A stretch of 63,968 bases of DNA, the filler included, from Choristocarpus tenellus KU-1152 (Eukaryota > Protista > Phaeophyceae): the NCBI GenBank assembly GCA_964200185.2. It is 13 parts of 13 records of this genome, joined end to end, with 100 filler letters (N's around TTAATTAATTAA, not from the genome) between each part and the next. Parts side by side here need not be neighbours in the genome. Positions count along the whole stretch, not along the records: positions 37,360 to 40,410 come from CAXNAD020022668.1; positions 40,511 to 43,432 come from CAXNAD020023637.1; positions 43,533 to 53,360 come from CAXNAD020003356.1; positions 53,461 to 57,764 come from CAXNAD020015206.1; 9 more parts are not named here. One strand, written 5' to 3'. Position 1 is the stretch's first letter. Each line of letters opens with the position of its first letter. The position numbers and the translations under genes are program-made. Positions 39,832 through 53,983 of the stretch are shown piece after piece. The notes beneath the pieces are model-generated. The model had not been told where the DNA came from. It saw only the letters and a program-made list of their open reading frames with translations, and searched no databases.

Positions 39832-40293
39832 GTTTCCTTGTCAGGAATCCCTGTTTCCAGTGGAGGAGGATCTTACAAATAAGTTAGATGTGGAATCTTT
39901 CAAGAGATCAACCCACAAGTAGTGAAAATCTTTTCAACCAGAGATGTCACACATCAAATATCCTCTTTGTTGTCACGTCTTGACTTTGTGATGATCCCCC
40001 TCTCGTAAGATTCTCATCACTCCACATTTTTCCAGCAATTCCTTGCAATCTTGCACTTGTCCAACCTTAACCTCGTCCTCTTGGCTACGGTTTTTCTTTG
40101 TCCGTCTGGTCCGTCTTACCCGTTGATTCTCTTCAACACCCGTCCTGCATGAACTACGCCACCACAGAATCACATGATTTACATAATGATAACAATAATA
40201 ATATTAATAATACTACCAATAAAAAAGTAATAATAATAACAAAAATAGCAACAACAGCAACAATAATAATAATAATAACAACAACAACAACAA

Positions 40294-40346
<53 letters not shown>

Positions 40347-40589
40347 ACAATAATAATAATGATACTACCTCTGTGCCATAAGTTTGTGCTGCGAAACATC
40401 TGGGAGGGGGNNNNNNNNNNNNNNNNNNNNNNNNNNNNNNNNNNNNNNNNNNNNTTAATTAATTAANNNNNNNNNNNNNNNNNNNNNNNNNNNNNNNNNN
40501 NNNNNNNNNNAGGTAAGGGGGGCATGTGGGCTGGTGGGTGTGTGTGTGGGGGGGGGGGTATATTAGTGTGACGCCCTACATTGTTCTAC

Positions 40590-40752
40590 ATTGTATTAGT
40601 ATTGTAGTGGTATTGTGTTGGTATTGTATATTAGTATTGTAGTAGTATTGTGTTGGTATTGTATGTTAGTATTGTAGTGGTATTGTGTTGGTATTTTATA
40701 TTAGTATTGTGTTAGTATTGTGTTGGTATTGTATATTAGTATTGTAGTGGTA
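40590..40752 (+). repeat. Degenerate TAGTATTGT/TGGTATTGT minisatellite
   Basis: Read directly. Confidence 0.85.
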
Positions 40753-41354
40753 TGCGTGTTCAGTGTGCAATGTTACTGCAGCTTCTTGTTGCAGGTATGA
40801 TGGGTAATTTTCAAGAGACACAGGTAGAGAGGTCTAGTAACAGACTGTTGCTACTTTTGAATGGTACATGATACTGCTGTGCACTGAGATGGTCCTGGTT
40901 CATGGTGTCCTCAAAAGGCAGCACACTTTTTTGTTTCATATTTATTAATTTTATTTACTGACTGACAGGCACGAGATTTTTTTATTTATAGAACCTGGTT
41001 TTAAGGCGTGCAGCTGTGATCTTGAAACGCCTGACAATATAGTGGAACGAGTCTAGTAAGGCATCTCCCATCCGCTGAAAAGTGCCACATACTCCTACTA
41101 GCTCTGGAGCACATGCTGATGTCTTGAGGTTACAAGAGTTAATGATCCATTGGGGCAGTACAACATAAGTATAATCATATATCACAAAATATATGTGCTA
41201 TGTGTGTGTCTCCTGTTCTTGAAGCAGGCAACAGAACTTCTGTGAGATGTATCAACCTGTCGAGGAACTTCCCAATGTCCGTCTACATCATACCTTGTTT
41301 CTTGAAGTGTAAGCAGGCGCTCGATAAGTTCATTTCTTTTTTTCCCTTTGTGGC

Positions 41355-41490
41355 AATGTTCCAAACTTGAATGTTCAAAATTTGAATGCTCAAAATTTGA
41401 ATGTTCCAAACTTGGATGTTCAAAGCTTTAATGTTCAAAGCTCTAATGTTAAAAGCTCTAATGTTCAAAGCTTTAATGTTCAAAACTTCA
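41355..41490 (+). repeat. 15-bp tandem repeat (AATGTTCAAAGCTTT), ~9 copies
   Basis: Read directly. Confidence 0.9.
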
Positions 41491-41659
41491 ATCCTCAGCA
41501 GACGTGCCCTATTTAATAGTCTACTCTCTACAGCCTTCTCCTCTGACTCAGGAAAGAGCAGCACTACTTCAAAATGGGGAGGTAGAGGGTGACTAGCTTC
41601 TCTGTGCCATCACTGTTACCGAGTATCTTGGTGTGGTCTTCTCATCAGTATCACTATTT

Positions 41660-41815
41660 TTTACTAAGTGTCACCAATTGTCAGTGTTTGTAACTGATTT
41701 TCACTAATTTTCACTGATTGTCACTAAGTGTCACTAATCATCACTGATTGTCACTAATTGTCACCGATTGTCACTGATTGTCACTAGGTGTCACTAAGTG
41801 TCACTATTTGTCAGT
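41660..41815 (+). repeat. 10-bp tandem repeat (TGTCACTAAT/TGTCACTGAT)
   Basis: Read directly. Confidence 0.85.
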
Positions 41816-42369
41816 AAACCAATTTGTAAAGGTGGCCCGATCCAACTGCAGTTTACTTTGGTTTGAATGCATGGGGGCTGCCCAACTCGAAAGGTTTATG
41901 ATCCTGATGAATTGCCAGTTTGGGGACAAAAGTCACTTGGATGGTATCGTTGAATAACTATGGAAGTGAGATCGACTGACAAATAAAAATAAACTCCATG
42001 GCGCCCCCCTGGCTGAGAATTTCCTTCTTTCTCAAGGAAGTTATTATGGCAGGGCTAAAGATTGTGGAAATTTACATGTGGAAATGTACACTAGGTACCC
42101 ACCAACATAACCCTAACCCTTGGAACAGCAGATTTGTCTGCCCAGTTAAAGACAGACATCTTGCAATTTCTTACCCCTAACTGATCTTCCAGAACAAAAT
42201 TGACTAAAGACGATCTTGCTCTGGTGAGGGCGGTGGTCTTAAACCAAGTGAGCTTATCAAGTGTGTCACAATGGCACGCTTGATAGAGAGGGAGTGTAGC
42301 TCGTGTTTCCAACAGTCAATAGCCCCCCCCCCAAAAAAAACAACTCTCTGTACCTCATCTATATTTTTA

Positions 42370-42447
42370 TATAGAGTTAGTATGGGGTTAATATAGAGTT
42401 AATATAGGGTTAATATAGAGTTAATATAGAGTTAATATAGAGTTAAT
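42370..42447 (+). repeat. 11-bp tandem repeat (TATAGAGTTAA)
   Basis: Read directly. Confidence 0.85.
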
Positions 42448-43366
42448 CTATAGTCTGCACGTTGATGTTTAACGCATTTACAGACGCTCGACATGCCAAG
42501 CAGCAAAACTGTATGTAACTGTATGTAACGGTATAAACCCAAAAAATATATATATTTAGGTTGTGCCCATTGGAAGTTTCTACTCAGTCCGTTTTTTTAT
42601 GTAAGTAAGTGTGTGGTCACAGTCTCACACGTTTATTTTGTCTTCCTTCAGAAGAGGGGTGGGTGGGATCAGTAATACATTTGCATATGTCTCTACTTTG
42701 GACAGTGATTTGGAGATGAGAAGGGAAGGATAAAGAAAAGGTTGGGGGAGGAGGGGGGTCTTTTGCTCTTTGTATATTTTTTTAATCAAAATATTATTTT
42801 TTTAGTTTTCTCATTCTTGTATATTTAGGGTTGGGGTTAGACAATTTTTACTGCTTGTGTTAACTCAATATTTCCACCTTTTGATGGATTGATTTTGTAG
42901 CCATATTGCTCATGGTTGGTTGAGATGTACATACACCCTTGTACAGAGTTTTTAGTGTGTGTGTGTGTGTGTGTGTGTGTTTGAATAGGTTTGAACAGGA
43001 ACTGACATTTTTACATGATGTTGGTTGACACCCTCTTCAAGTTGCTAGTTGTCATGAGGAAGGCGTTTTTATACAGCTAATACAGGGCAATAAAGTACAC
43101 AATAGTGCCAGATTCTACTTTGGTGTTTTCCTTATCGATTGGTCAGGCGTTTATTACTGTTGATTTGTACTCCGTGACTGACCAGTTCACAGTCTGACAG
43201 ATGTCCTTACCATGTGCTCTTTCATTGAGCATGTCCTTACCATGTGCTGCGGAGTGTGGTTATACGACCTTTCTTTCACTTCACAGCGGATGTTGAGTTA
43301 CCCTTCACTGTAATGTTAACTCCTTCACTTCACTGTAATCACTGTAATGTTTCAATGAATCTGTAA

Positions 43367-43432
43367 GGCTCAAAGCATCTGTGGGGGCGGGCGGGGGGGG
43401 GGGGGACTGTCCATTTTTTACTGTCCATTCGG
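43367..43432. mobile_element. MITE family A, end truncated by contig break
   Basis: GGCTCAAAGCATCTG..CTGTCCATTT. Confidence 0.7.
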
Positions 43433-44897
43433 NNNNNNNNNNNNNNNNNNNNNNNNNNNNNNNNNNNNNNNNNNNNTTAATTAATTAANNNNNNNNNNNN
43501 NNNNNNNNNNNNNNNNNNNNNNNNNNNNNNNNGGGGGGAGTCGAGAGGGTAAAAAGTGAACTTGTTCAGAAACAGCATGTGAGGGGGGCACCCCAAAAGA
43601 AGAGTATAGTAACTAGTAGTAACACCCAATCTTTCTGATAATCCAAGTTGACTATGTTCATCAAACAGGGATAAGAAACACCTTTCGAAAATACACCAAA
43701 CTGCGAGATAAAAAAGATGTACTCTTTTCCACCATAGTACATCCACCGCGTGTATCCCTTCAAAATAGGCATGTCACTAGGAACCTGTATCACAATAGCA
43801 AACATAAGCACGTTTGTTGAACACCTAAGGGCATCAAGCAGGGGAAGATGTGAATAAACCTGAACTCTGCCTTGCCTTGATTGCTGCCTCATTTGCCTCA
43901 GCCCCTGAGTTACACAAAAAGACACGGTCTGCACAGCTCTTGTCCACCAGCCACTGAGCCAGTTCACCCTACAACCGGCCATCCAATATATGGGGGGGGA
44001 GGGTCGTTCTGCGTTACACTAGGGTAGTTTCAATGTACAGTTTTGGAAAAGTGCAAACACTATATGCTGTGCAGTGATTGGGGGAAAGGTGCACACTGAT
44101 TGCATTGCATGACTGTAAGGGACTACAGTACTTGCGATTGTACCAGTTGGCAACTGAAAAGAAACATAAAGCAGTAATGAGGTACTACACGAAATACTGA
44201 GGACATGTTTGGGAAGAAGGGAAAGCTGAATTGACCCCTTCGATCAATGTTTGGGGAGAGTTGGGTACAGGAGGTCTTGGGGGGCGGGGCAGGTAGATTT
44301 GGAATGGTTGAAGCCAAATTGAAGGTGGTGGCAGATATTGTTGATCATCACACAATGTAACGGTCTTCTGTAACTTGACATGGGGAGTGAATTGAGGGCG
44401 AGATATTGGAAATAACCAATGGCATTTTGTGCCATCAAGCACTGGTACAGCTTTGAAGTGTGAGTATGGCTCTGGGCTGAACCTGGTACACCCCTACCAA
44501 TATTTTAAAGGTCACATGATAGTGATGTTTGTTAGTGACAATGCAAGCCAGGCAAGAAAGTCGTCTAGCCCCTCTTTCACATCCCTCAGCTTGACTCCCT
44601 GATCTTTAGAAATCGCCAAGTAGCATAAAGCAGCTTAATCCTACAATCTAGAAGCGATATGGTAGTTATCATAAGCATTTCCTTCCTCTGCTGCCATACT
44701 CTAAATATCACCATTTGCAAAACAAATATTTACATCACTGAAGATTTGCATTGTACAACATGATCAAAACAAGTACTGCACACAGTGGTGCACTAAGAGA
44801 CATGTAAAAACAACCGCACACACTTTCGCAGATCATTTCAAGGTTTATATCTCACACACCTACCTGAAAGATTATAAATCCTTCCTACCCACATCAC

Positions 44898-46273
44898 CTG
44901 TTCCGGGATATAGTAGAGGTTGCTGACGTGGTGGAACTTCTTCATCTGGTTACTCACTGCTGCCACCAGATCTGGGTCTGCATGGCCTAACGCACATGTG
45001 GAAATACCTGCCACAAAGTCAAGGTATTCCTTAACCATTGGGTTTTGAAGCATCAATAGGCGTTGTCAGGAGTACATGTCAATCGGCAAGCAGGGTTGGG
45101 AGGGGAGGATTGACAAATGAGCATGAGGAAATGCAGTGCTCAAGGGGGGTGGATTCAATCACGAGTTCACCCTTGCCTATGTAACAAGGTTGTTCGACCA
45201 AGAAAGAGCAAACCAAGGCAACTTCTCCTTTGGGAACGTTCAGGAGGACATGGAGAAAGAAAACTCTACTTTAGAATAAGCACAAATTCAAGATCCCGAT
45301 AAAGGTGCACAGGAAATAAATCATATCTTGACATGGCGGACCTCCACATGTAAATATTTTAACCATCTCTCTAAGATTGTTTGCCAGCATTGAGGTGAGA
45401 GGATTTCGGATGGATGTGAGCGGGCGATTGGCAGAGCGTGATGGTAGCATACTGTTAGCACGCAAACTCTCAGTCACGGGAGATAGAGATTAGGATGTTA
45501 GCATCCGCTAATCCTTCTTGTGACTTCTGTAGTGGGCAAGGACGAGAGTATGTGGCGGAGCTACGGTGCCAAGTCCTCATGGACACCTATCTAATGTTCA
45601 ACCATTTTGTTCAGCAGTTTGTCAAGCAGCATACGACATCGACTTACTCAGGTGTCAGAGTAGATGATTTCATAACTCGTATCAAAAGACTCAATAGCAA
45701 TAACGAGTGGAGCCCACCCAGCTTTCTAAGATGCAGACTCTTCAGCAACTCGTAAGACACACCTTGCCGTTTGCATCATAAAGCTTGCAGCCCTCACCCC
45801 TCACGATCGTTAAAGGGTATCGACCGTAGGTGCTCTGCACGTATCCATCGAACTGATCCTGGGTCAGAGGAGCACTGGTTGTGGATGCCTCGACCGAAGT
45901 AGATATCATCCTCAGACCCTGTCAAGGACGAACGGATAAAGAACTGAAATTCTTCACGGTGAGACTACGAGGAGGACACATGTTCCATTGCTGAGGTCGA
46001 CGGTGGGTATAGTCGACTCCCATGAGGATCGCAGCCATTAAGTTCATGATTTGTACTGGTTGGAAGAGGAGGCAATGGTCCATTGAAAATGGCATACAGC
46101 TAATGAGACTCTTGCAGAGTGGACAGAAAATTCAACCAAGGATCTATTACCTCAATCCTGCGGGCATTATGGATGCCTTGGTACGACCATCCACTTGTGT
46201 GAGGTGATGAGAAGGCATCGTAACCTCTGGCAAGCAGCAAAAAGCACGATGCTATGGCTGTTGGGAGTTGCAT
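44898..46273 (-). CDS. argD: Acetylornithine aminotransferase (class III PLP), plastid-targeted, first three exons
   Basis: Exons 46151-46273 (MQLPTAIASCFLLLARGYDAF..), 45763-45918 (..YVQSTYGRYPLTIVRGEGCKLYDANGK) and 44898-45029 (EYLDFVAGISTCALGHADP..HHVSNLYY), all phase 0 with GT-AG. Confidence 0.92.
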
Positions 46274-47610
46274 TGTTGATGGTTGAGAAAACACAATCAC
46301 TTTCACACTCTAGGTCGACTAGGGAGTAACTCAGGATTCAAGTGATTACTGGAGCGGGTTGCGGTTAATGGAGACGGAAGGAGAGAGGACGGAGATGGGA
46401 TACGTGGCTAAGATAGTTGGGACAACGATAAACCACAGGCACCAACACCAGCCCAGTTCCTACGAAGGAGGTTTTTTCACAAGAGATAAGACAAGAACAG
46501 GACTTCTCAAATACTACTATATAATAGTATACTCTAACTACTATTAATGTTAGAGGAAAAGGTGGATTTTTTAATTGTTGGTGTACAACCTGTGTGGAAA
46601 AGAGCTCACCAACATGTTTCACAATACAAAAATCAATCTTAACCATCGTGCCTCTTGAAAACAGAGGAAAACTGGCGTGTCAGTCATCTACCAAATATTA
46701 AATAAAGCCTTCAATGTTTGTGTTGTTCACCAAGTCGTTCATGGAATGAGGGTATGTGTTTGCATGGACGATGGAGAGTACACCAACTGTTTCAGGTTAG
46801 ACAGGGCCTTTAGTACAGGTGTGTTCATGCTCGCATTCTCTTCAACATTTTCTTCATGATGTGTAGCAACCAGGTTTTTCTTATGTTTGTTGTCCTACCT
46901 GGATTGTATGAGCCACTGTAGCGGTGAAGTGCAACAAGTTAAGGAGTTGCTCTGATTCGACCAACTCCGAGAAAGAATCTTGTTATCAATGAAAAAGCAG
47001 CAACAAATAACCAAATCAAGGGGGAAGAAACACTGGAAGGGTGTGGGACAACACTTGAGTGACTCTTGTGGAATATACTGGATGCTGATGATGTGGGAAT
47101 TGTCTCCAATACCCAAGGTTATTTGACCAGGATGCCGACATTGATTATGAAGATGTCAGGTCATTCCGTCTGACCTTACCAGCACTAAACACGAGGAACT
47201 TGTGTCTTCGGCTCCCTAGTCAGGCTGCAAATAGTACACAGATCCCGGCACTGGATCAAACCTCTAAGCAAACAGATTGTTTACCATGAGGACACAATTC
47301 GCGACAAAGCCACTGTAACTGTTTAGATCAGCAATATGGGCTGAGATTTCCTTCATATATCTGAAATTATGTGGACTAAGATTGTCCTCTCGGCTCAGTT
47401 CATGATTTTTGTTTGCCATACTTGCACCTTGAAAGAACTATACCTTCATCTGCTGACCTGAACCTATCATCAGGCTATCGATATACCTTAGGCATCCTAT
47501 ACGCACATCAACGCCATCTAAAGGATTGTGGACTGGAGCTACACATTCCGTGGAGGTTAGCTATGGAAATTTTTGAAACAAGGTCAAAAAGTGAAGCTTC
47601 ATTCACATGA

Positions 47611-47857
47611 GAGTGAAAGTATCTTAGAAGGTACGAGTTTTGCCCTGTTTGTTTGGGGCTTGGCTTCCCAAGTTTTTTAAAAATGATATTTACCTACTCC
47701 GAAATGTTTTGGAGTAGGTAAAATATATGCTATGATAACGTGTGTCCGGAATAATGATATTGACACTTCCCAACAAACACGATAGCCGAAATTACATCAA
47801 AAATGCAACATTGGATTTTGGTCTGCAAATGGACAGGGCTCGCCCCCTGAGATACTT
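47611..47857. mobile_element. MITE family B
   Basis: GAGTGAAAGTATCTTAGAAGGTACG ... CCCCTGAGATACTT. Confidence 0.85.
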
Positions 47858-47859
47858 GA

Positions 47860-49900
47860 TAAAGGTTGATAATTGCCTGCCAGCACAACAAACTTCTGGC
47901 AGAGTGGTATTCCAAGTAAGTTGTGATAGCTAATGCTTCCTTTCTGAATCCCTACTCCCCAAGGCCCCACCCTCTCAGACATTATTTCTGACATCTAGAG
48001 AGTCACTCCTACTGCCTATAGTGCCATCCTCAATGTCTTCTGGGGACATCCTAGCGTGCTTGAAGGACTCCTACAACTCTAAAGTCTATCCCATCACTGC
48101 ATTGACAGTTGGGGGCTCGTCAGATTGCAGAGACAGTGCAAGGGGTGACTTCACTGAGTGTGCACTGGCTGCAGAGTCAGTGGGAAGTTGCTCGAACAGA
48201 GGACTTCTAAGCAATTTGAACAGCATCTGCTTCTTCTCCTTAGCTTCGCCCCTATAACCCATGTCTCCTCATGCAATCCCTGATCCTACTTGAGTACGCC
48301 TCTATTTGTCAGTCTCTTCAACTCCTATCTGATACGAACAGTCTCTTGAAGGGATGTCGTTATCAATTTTTCCATTGCAGACTTGACATCGTCACTGGCA
48401 CCATCAACTCTAATCCCACTACCGTTTCCACATTTCAGCTCAGCTTCTTCAGCTCTGAGCCTTTTCTGGATAGGCCTACCCTTAACCCTGGAATTAAGTT
48501 TTCACACTGTCTCTGCTGCTCATTAAATATGTGTTACAGTCCTTGTCGACACTTTCTGCGTCTGAGCCTACAGTCTTCCTCTCCTTCCCCTTTCTTTGAA
48601 GTGGACCACGGGATACAACAAAGTTAAAGACTTGGGTAGGGCCATTGCTCGTGGGTCCATACATGAGAAAGGCAAGCAGGTGCACAGGTACCCAGTGACC
48701 AGGCGTCTTCCTCCCATCAGTCACACACTGGAACCACCTGACATAGGCCTTTACTGATCAACACCAGGTGCTGCTGCCTGCTCCACTTCCTCAACCTCGA
48801 GACTCTCATTCCCCTCAAATATCTTTTGAGGAATAGTAATGCAGGTGGGAAGAGTAGGTGGCAAACAATGATTGGTAGACACAAACAGGCGCTTTGTCAA
48901 CTGACCACCTCAAGTAAGCCCGACACCGCATGAAAAAGATCTGCCCACTCCCCTCCCTCACTGGTAGAATCTGACAGGTTGCTAGCTGTACTCCCTCTCT
49001 TCTGCTCAGCTCTTCATAGCTTCTCGCAAAAAGCTTCTGCAGCAAGACCCCAACCTGTTGTCCGGATTCCGGCTTTCCTCCTTCAGGCTCAATCCTTTGC
49101 AAGCGATATGCCACTGGGGAGATGGCACTGCTCAATCTAGAAGCAAGCCTTATGCTGCCGTGTGGTCTTACATTATAACAAACATTATAATAAATCCTGG
49201 ACAACAAACGAACAGGAGGAGATAACCACCATTTTCTTGCGGTAAATGGGAGCGTACACATTGGCGATATCCCTTTGCGCTATTTCGTAGTGGATCTGGA
49301 CGAAGCTGATCTGGTTGGCAAACAGGTTTGGCTTTGCACCCTTCTACACCACTGTCGTAGCAGTATATGCGAGGAAGGGTGTTGACACAACGGACTGCGG
49401 TCAGGAATTTTGTAATATCTGTTTCCTGTGAACTGTGCAATGCATGACGTCACAATCCTGTACCTCCCAAGTAAGTCGAGGAATATCATGAGGTCACAAA
49501 CTCGTGAACTCACCACCTACAGTTGTTCGCAGAAGGAATACTACCCTCAACGCAGGGCACACTTCCAAATCTGGCGTTTCTGCCATTGTCCAGAGTCAGC
49601 CCTTGGCCGACACATTCATGTAAGCTTTCGTCGATTCTATGAGTCGTTGCTCCTTCTTCATGTCTTTCAAGCCTTCCTTCACAAAGAGGGCAGCATTGGT
49701 ACTGCTTGAAGGGTTTCAGCATATTTGTGGAGACTTTGTAGTCTCCTCTTCCCCATGTCGAGATCTGAGATAAGAGTCTCCCCAATCTTCACACTATCAT
49801 TCCATCACATTGTACATAGATGGCGAGAGGGACTCCATCTTCTCCTTCTCCCCATGCTCTGAAGAGCCGTCTCTGATCAACCTCAAGTGTTGACGATGGT
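47860..49900 (-). pseudogene. Decayed coding sequence, possibly a transposon accessory (Myb/SANT-like) ORF
   Basis: Stop-interrupted protein-like fragments RLIESTKAYMNVSAKG, EPEGGKPESGQQ, HWVPVHLLAFLMYGP. Family assignment is only an inference. Confidence 0.3.
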
Positions 49901-50305
49901 AAAGGAGATGAAACTAATGAAGGGTGGATGTTTACAGAAGAGCAGTTTGCTCTCTACAGACTCTCAAGAAGAAGACTATAATATGGTTGAACGAAGAAAG
50001 ACTGTATAACTGACCTATTTGTTTGTACTCCAGATTTTGGCTTTTCCTCTAACAATTGTTGTTGAACTTCCTACGTTTGAAACAGCATGTTCAAAGGCGT
50101 CGCCAATAATAGCAACGCCTCCGTCAAGGGGACCTTTTCTGTTTTGAGTGGTGCGCTGGCTATCTTGTCTATGACTTGGCCACTTTATGGTGGGGCAGAC
50201 CTCCAGGTTAAAAGGACAACCTTGTAGGTGTGCATTGAACGTAGTCCGCTCAACTTGTTGGTGCACCCTGCCGACTTCTGAGTGACTCACAGGGAAGCGG
50301 AGATC

Positions 50306-51789
50306 ATGACCGGTAGAGGAGATGACTCCAGCTATGTCCAGAAACGAACCCAAGTTTTTCTGCGTAATCTTCCACTAGACATGCTGGAACCGGTGAGAAA
50401 GCACTGAATTATGATGACTGCATTGTTGGAGAAGAAGTACTGACGTATGGGTATGGTTTATGACCAACTGTGCCGGATAGTGCTGGAAAGGTTTGGCTCT
50501 ATATGCTGTTTGGACTGCCCTCTTCAACGTACCCTCTCTTGCGACAACCCTTGACGTAGACGCCCTACCCCATTAGGCAAGATTGCCAGTTTGTTCTCCG
50601 ACATGCTATCTGTCCTACTCTTCTCTGAACCTTCTCTCTGTACCCCCCTGCCAGGATATCGAGACCATGCTGGGTGAGCACTGTGGCCCTGTCAAGCGTA
50701 TCGACCTCATCAAAACCACAAACGAATCCGGTGTTAAACTCTCGAAGGGATTCGGCTTCGTCACCTTTGCAATCGAGGAAGATGCAGCGAAGGCTATAAA
50801 TACCTTGAATGGGAAAAGGTGACCAATGCTCGGCGCTCATGATAGACTATGCTGGCAATATGCCAATAAGTTATCCATTCCTGACTTAGATCGATACGAA
50901 CATATGAGTTCGATATCCATCTACCTCCTTGAAAAATCTCTATGAGATGCATATGGGCAATATAACGGGGTATGGTATCCTTGTACTGGAAAGGTGCCCC
51001 TGCGCAAACTCCACGGTTCACATCCTCAATGGCACAACCCCGGTCCACCAATCCACACACACATGTCGTTTGCGATTTCAACCTTCACCCCGCCGTTGCA
51101 CTGCTGGCATACCCTTGATTCACTGCAGGGTTATGGGGAGGGCACTGTCTTGTGAGATCGCCCTTAAGAAGGGCGCGAAGAGAGTTCACGGCTGGACCGA
51201 TATCCAGAGTCAAAACAGGCGCGAGGCCCAGCATGACAAGAGGAAGAGTGGTCCAGTGTCGAGCTCTTACGGTCAGGCCACAGTGGGCTCGACGGGAGAA
51301 AAAAGAGCCACAGGGGAGACCGAAAAAAAGAAATCTTCGAAGCTGCAGAAGGAGACCACCCAAGGATCTATGGGGAAGAGTGCTAAAGATGAACAGGAGG
51401 AGGTTACTAAAGAACAGAGCAGCGAAGGCAAAGGTAAAGTTGAGGGAGAAAAAGATGGGGCAGCAGTTGGTTCAGATGGTAAGGAGCTGAGAAGGTTGGC
51501 TAGGAAGGAGGCAAAGAAGGAAATCAAGAGGAAAGCCAAGGAAAGGGCCAAGGAGAAGGCCGCTGCCGCTGCCGCTGCCGGAGAGGAAGCAGCAGCAGAG
51601 GAAGATGGAAGGACTGGGACCCTTGTTGGGAACATAAATGGGGCAATGAAGTCTGACAATGAGGACCGAATGGGGGTAGCCTCCTCTGACCCCAAGGCAA
51701 TAAAGCTCCAGCAGGATGCAAGGACTGTTCTGGTGTTTGGCGTGGCAGATGGCCTGACTGCCAAGCAACTACAGAAGCGTGTCAAGAAG
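50306..51789 (+). CDS. Multi-RRM nucleolar RNA-binding protein (RBM28/Nop4-like), first three exons
   Basis: Exons 50306-50392 (RNP2 VFLRNLP), 50655-50818 (RNP1 KGFGFVTF..EDA) and 51129-51789 (GRALSCEIA, Lys/Glu-rich linker, start of RRM2 RTVLVFGV..KQLQKRVKK); phases 0 and 2 are compatible. Confidence 0.82.
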
Positions 51790-53460
51790 GTGTGTTTATG
51801 TGTGTGTGTGTGTTTATGTGTGCTACTTTCAAGGTTGAGTTGAAGGTAATGGTCCAGAGGTACTTCTTGCTACCACTAGGCATATAGCCAAGGGGCTGCA
51901 TGGTGGTTTGCTTACCTTGGGTAGGGGGTGGTAAAGTTGGAGGGCATAGAATGAGTGTGGTGTGACCAGTACATTGACTAGAAAGTTTGAGGCAAAGAGC
52001 CTTTGTGGCCTGTTCCTTTGGAAAATGCCAGGTCGGGGTGGTGAGGTGCATAGGGATAGGTTGAAGAGGCAGTTTCAATAGCCATTTGTTAGCAATCTCT
52101 CATGTTAGAGGACTCCAAACATGGTGTTCTTGCTTTTGTTGGACCTTTATCCAGCAAGAGTGCCTACCTCTTCCCCTGTCGCAGCTTACGTCATCACACT
52201 CTCCATAGCCCTTATCATCTCAATCACTGCTTTTGAGTCCAGGCACATGATATTTTAATAGCACACCTCAGCTGAGTCTGCTTAGCCACCTTCCATCTCT
52301 ACTTGATACACCCTCCCATATTACACAACAGAATCCATTTATTGTGCATACCAGTGCAATCCTCACAACATCATGACACAACATCATGGAGGTGTCTGGC
52401 TTTGTCATTGGTTGCAAGTTCGAAATGCACAGGAGCAGTTTTGTTGATGTGTGGGGAAGAACCAGCAGGTTGAAATATAGATCATGTTTCATAGAATCGT
52501 TTTTTTTAAGTAGTATCCTCTACAATTCCCTCTTGTACCACAATCACGTCATCTCACAAACAGATAATTATTTTTAATGTTGATGATCGAAGATATCAAC
52601 CAATCTTCTGATGACTGCCGCGATATTGACCCAACCTTTGTTACAGGGTTAATGAAGTTGTGGCAATAATTTCTTGACTGTGAAGAACAGGTTTGATTGC
52701 CTCTTAAGCAGCTGCAAAGTCTAACAATGTGACTGCTATTACCATCCTACTATATACAACTATTAATACTGCCGAGCAGAAATTCATAGAGCAATCCTTG
52801 TGATATATACATGTATGTTTCCATGTTGTAGAAGGTTTTTTGTTTAGTTCACCTTGATTCCTCTGTTGTGCCTTCATTTTCTAAATTTAATGCCTGCGGT
52901 GCCGTATCTGCTATCTTGACAAGGTGACCCTCCACATCAAATATCCCTCCCCCACCAAGGTGTGTTAGAGTATAATGGCAATATTACCACACCAAGACAA
53001 CCTTAAGGTGTGTGGTGCTTGCTTGTTCTCGCAAACAGTGCAAACCACTAATTGATATCCTTACCCACCTGCATTGCTCCCTAAACCAGGCAATAGATCA
53101 CTTAAAACCTTCATAAACAGCCCAAGTCGCCCCATCGTCTTGCACACAACACATACACCTCTCACCAGACCTAAAAGTCCCTCAATTTCTGCAATCTTGT
53201 CACCCTCTCCCCCCTCCGCTTTTCTCTTCAGTAGCATTTTGTGACAAACACCACCACAATTGCTGACCCCTGTGCCCCCCCCAGCCCACCCTACTTCCCC
53301 CCCTCCTTCCTCCTGTTTCGGCCTGTCTCTTGGTTTCTTTGCTTCCTTCGCTGTGTGTGGNNNNNNNNNNNNNNNNNNNNNNNNNNNNNNNNNNNNNNNN
53401 NNNNTTAATTAATTAANNNNNNNNNNNNNNNNNNNNNNNNNNNNNNNNNNNNNNNNNNNN

Positions 53461-53634
53461 GTATCAGGGGGGGTGGGGGCGGGTCTGCACCAGGGTGTCC
53501 ATTTGGGCCATAACCAGGAAAGTGCACTTACATTATCCATCTGACGTGTGCAACCAAATCACCTAAAAATCGCGACATAAAAAATTGGCCCCAAACGGAC
53601 AACCGCCACCCCCCCCCCCCAGATACTTTGAGTC
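53461..53634. mobile_element. MITE family A
   Basis: Ends CCCAGATACTTTGAGTC; left end cut by gap. Confidence 0.88.
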
Positions 53635-53983
53635 AATTCTATATCTTAGGAACTGACTAAAGCAACAGTTGACACAGTAATATCCTATGCGCACCAAAAG
53701 GTGTCCTCAAGAAGATTGTACTGATTGAAAGAGGGGGTCAACATTGAGTTTCAACAGTCCCTATTACTGCCTTGTGGTAAAAGAGTTTTGAACAATGTGG
53801 AGGACCCTTTTTCCTAACAAGCCTTCATAGTTGTTCTTCTCTTCTATAGTCACAACCTCCTAAGGGGGATTGACCGCATTTCAGGTATGGATATGGAGTA
53901 TATTTCACAAGGTTCAAAAAGGCCTTAAAACTCGTAAGAGTCAAAATCGACCCCCCTCTTACATCGTTACACTCACTGGAAGA

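Noticed and set aside
4548-51789. Functional clustering of the identified genes
   Set aside because: Most lie on separate, arbitrarily joined contigs and are unrelated housekeeping genes.
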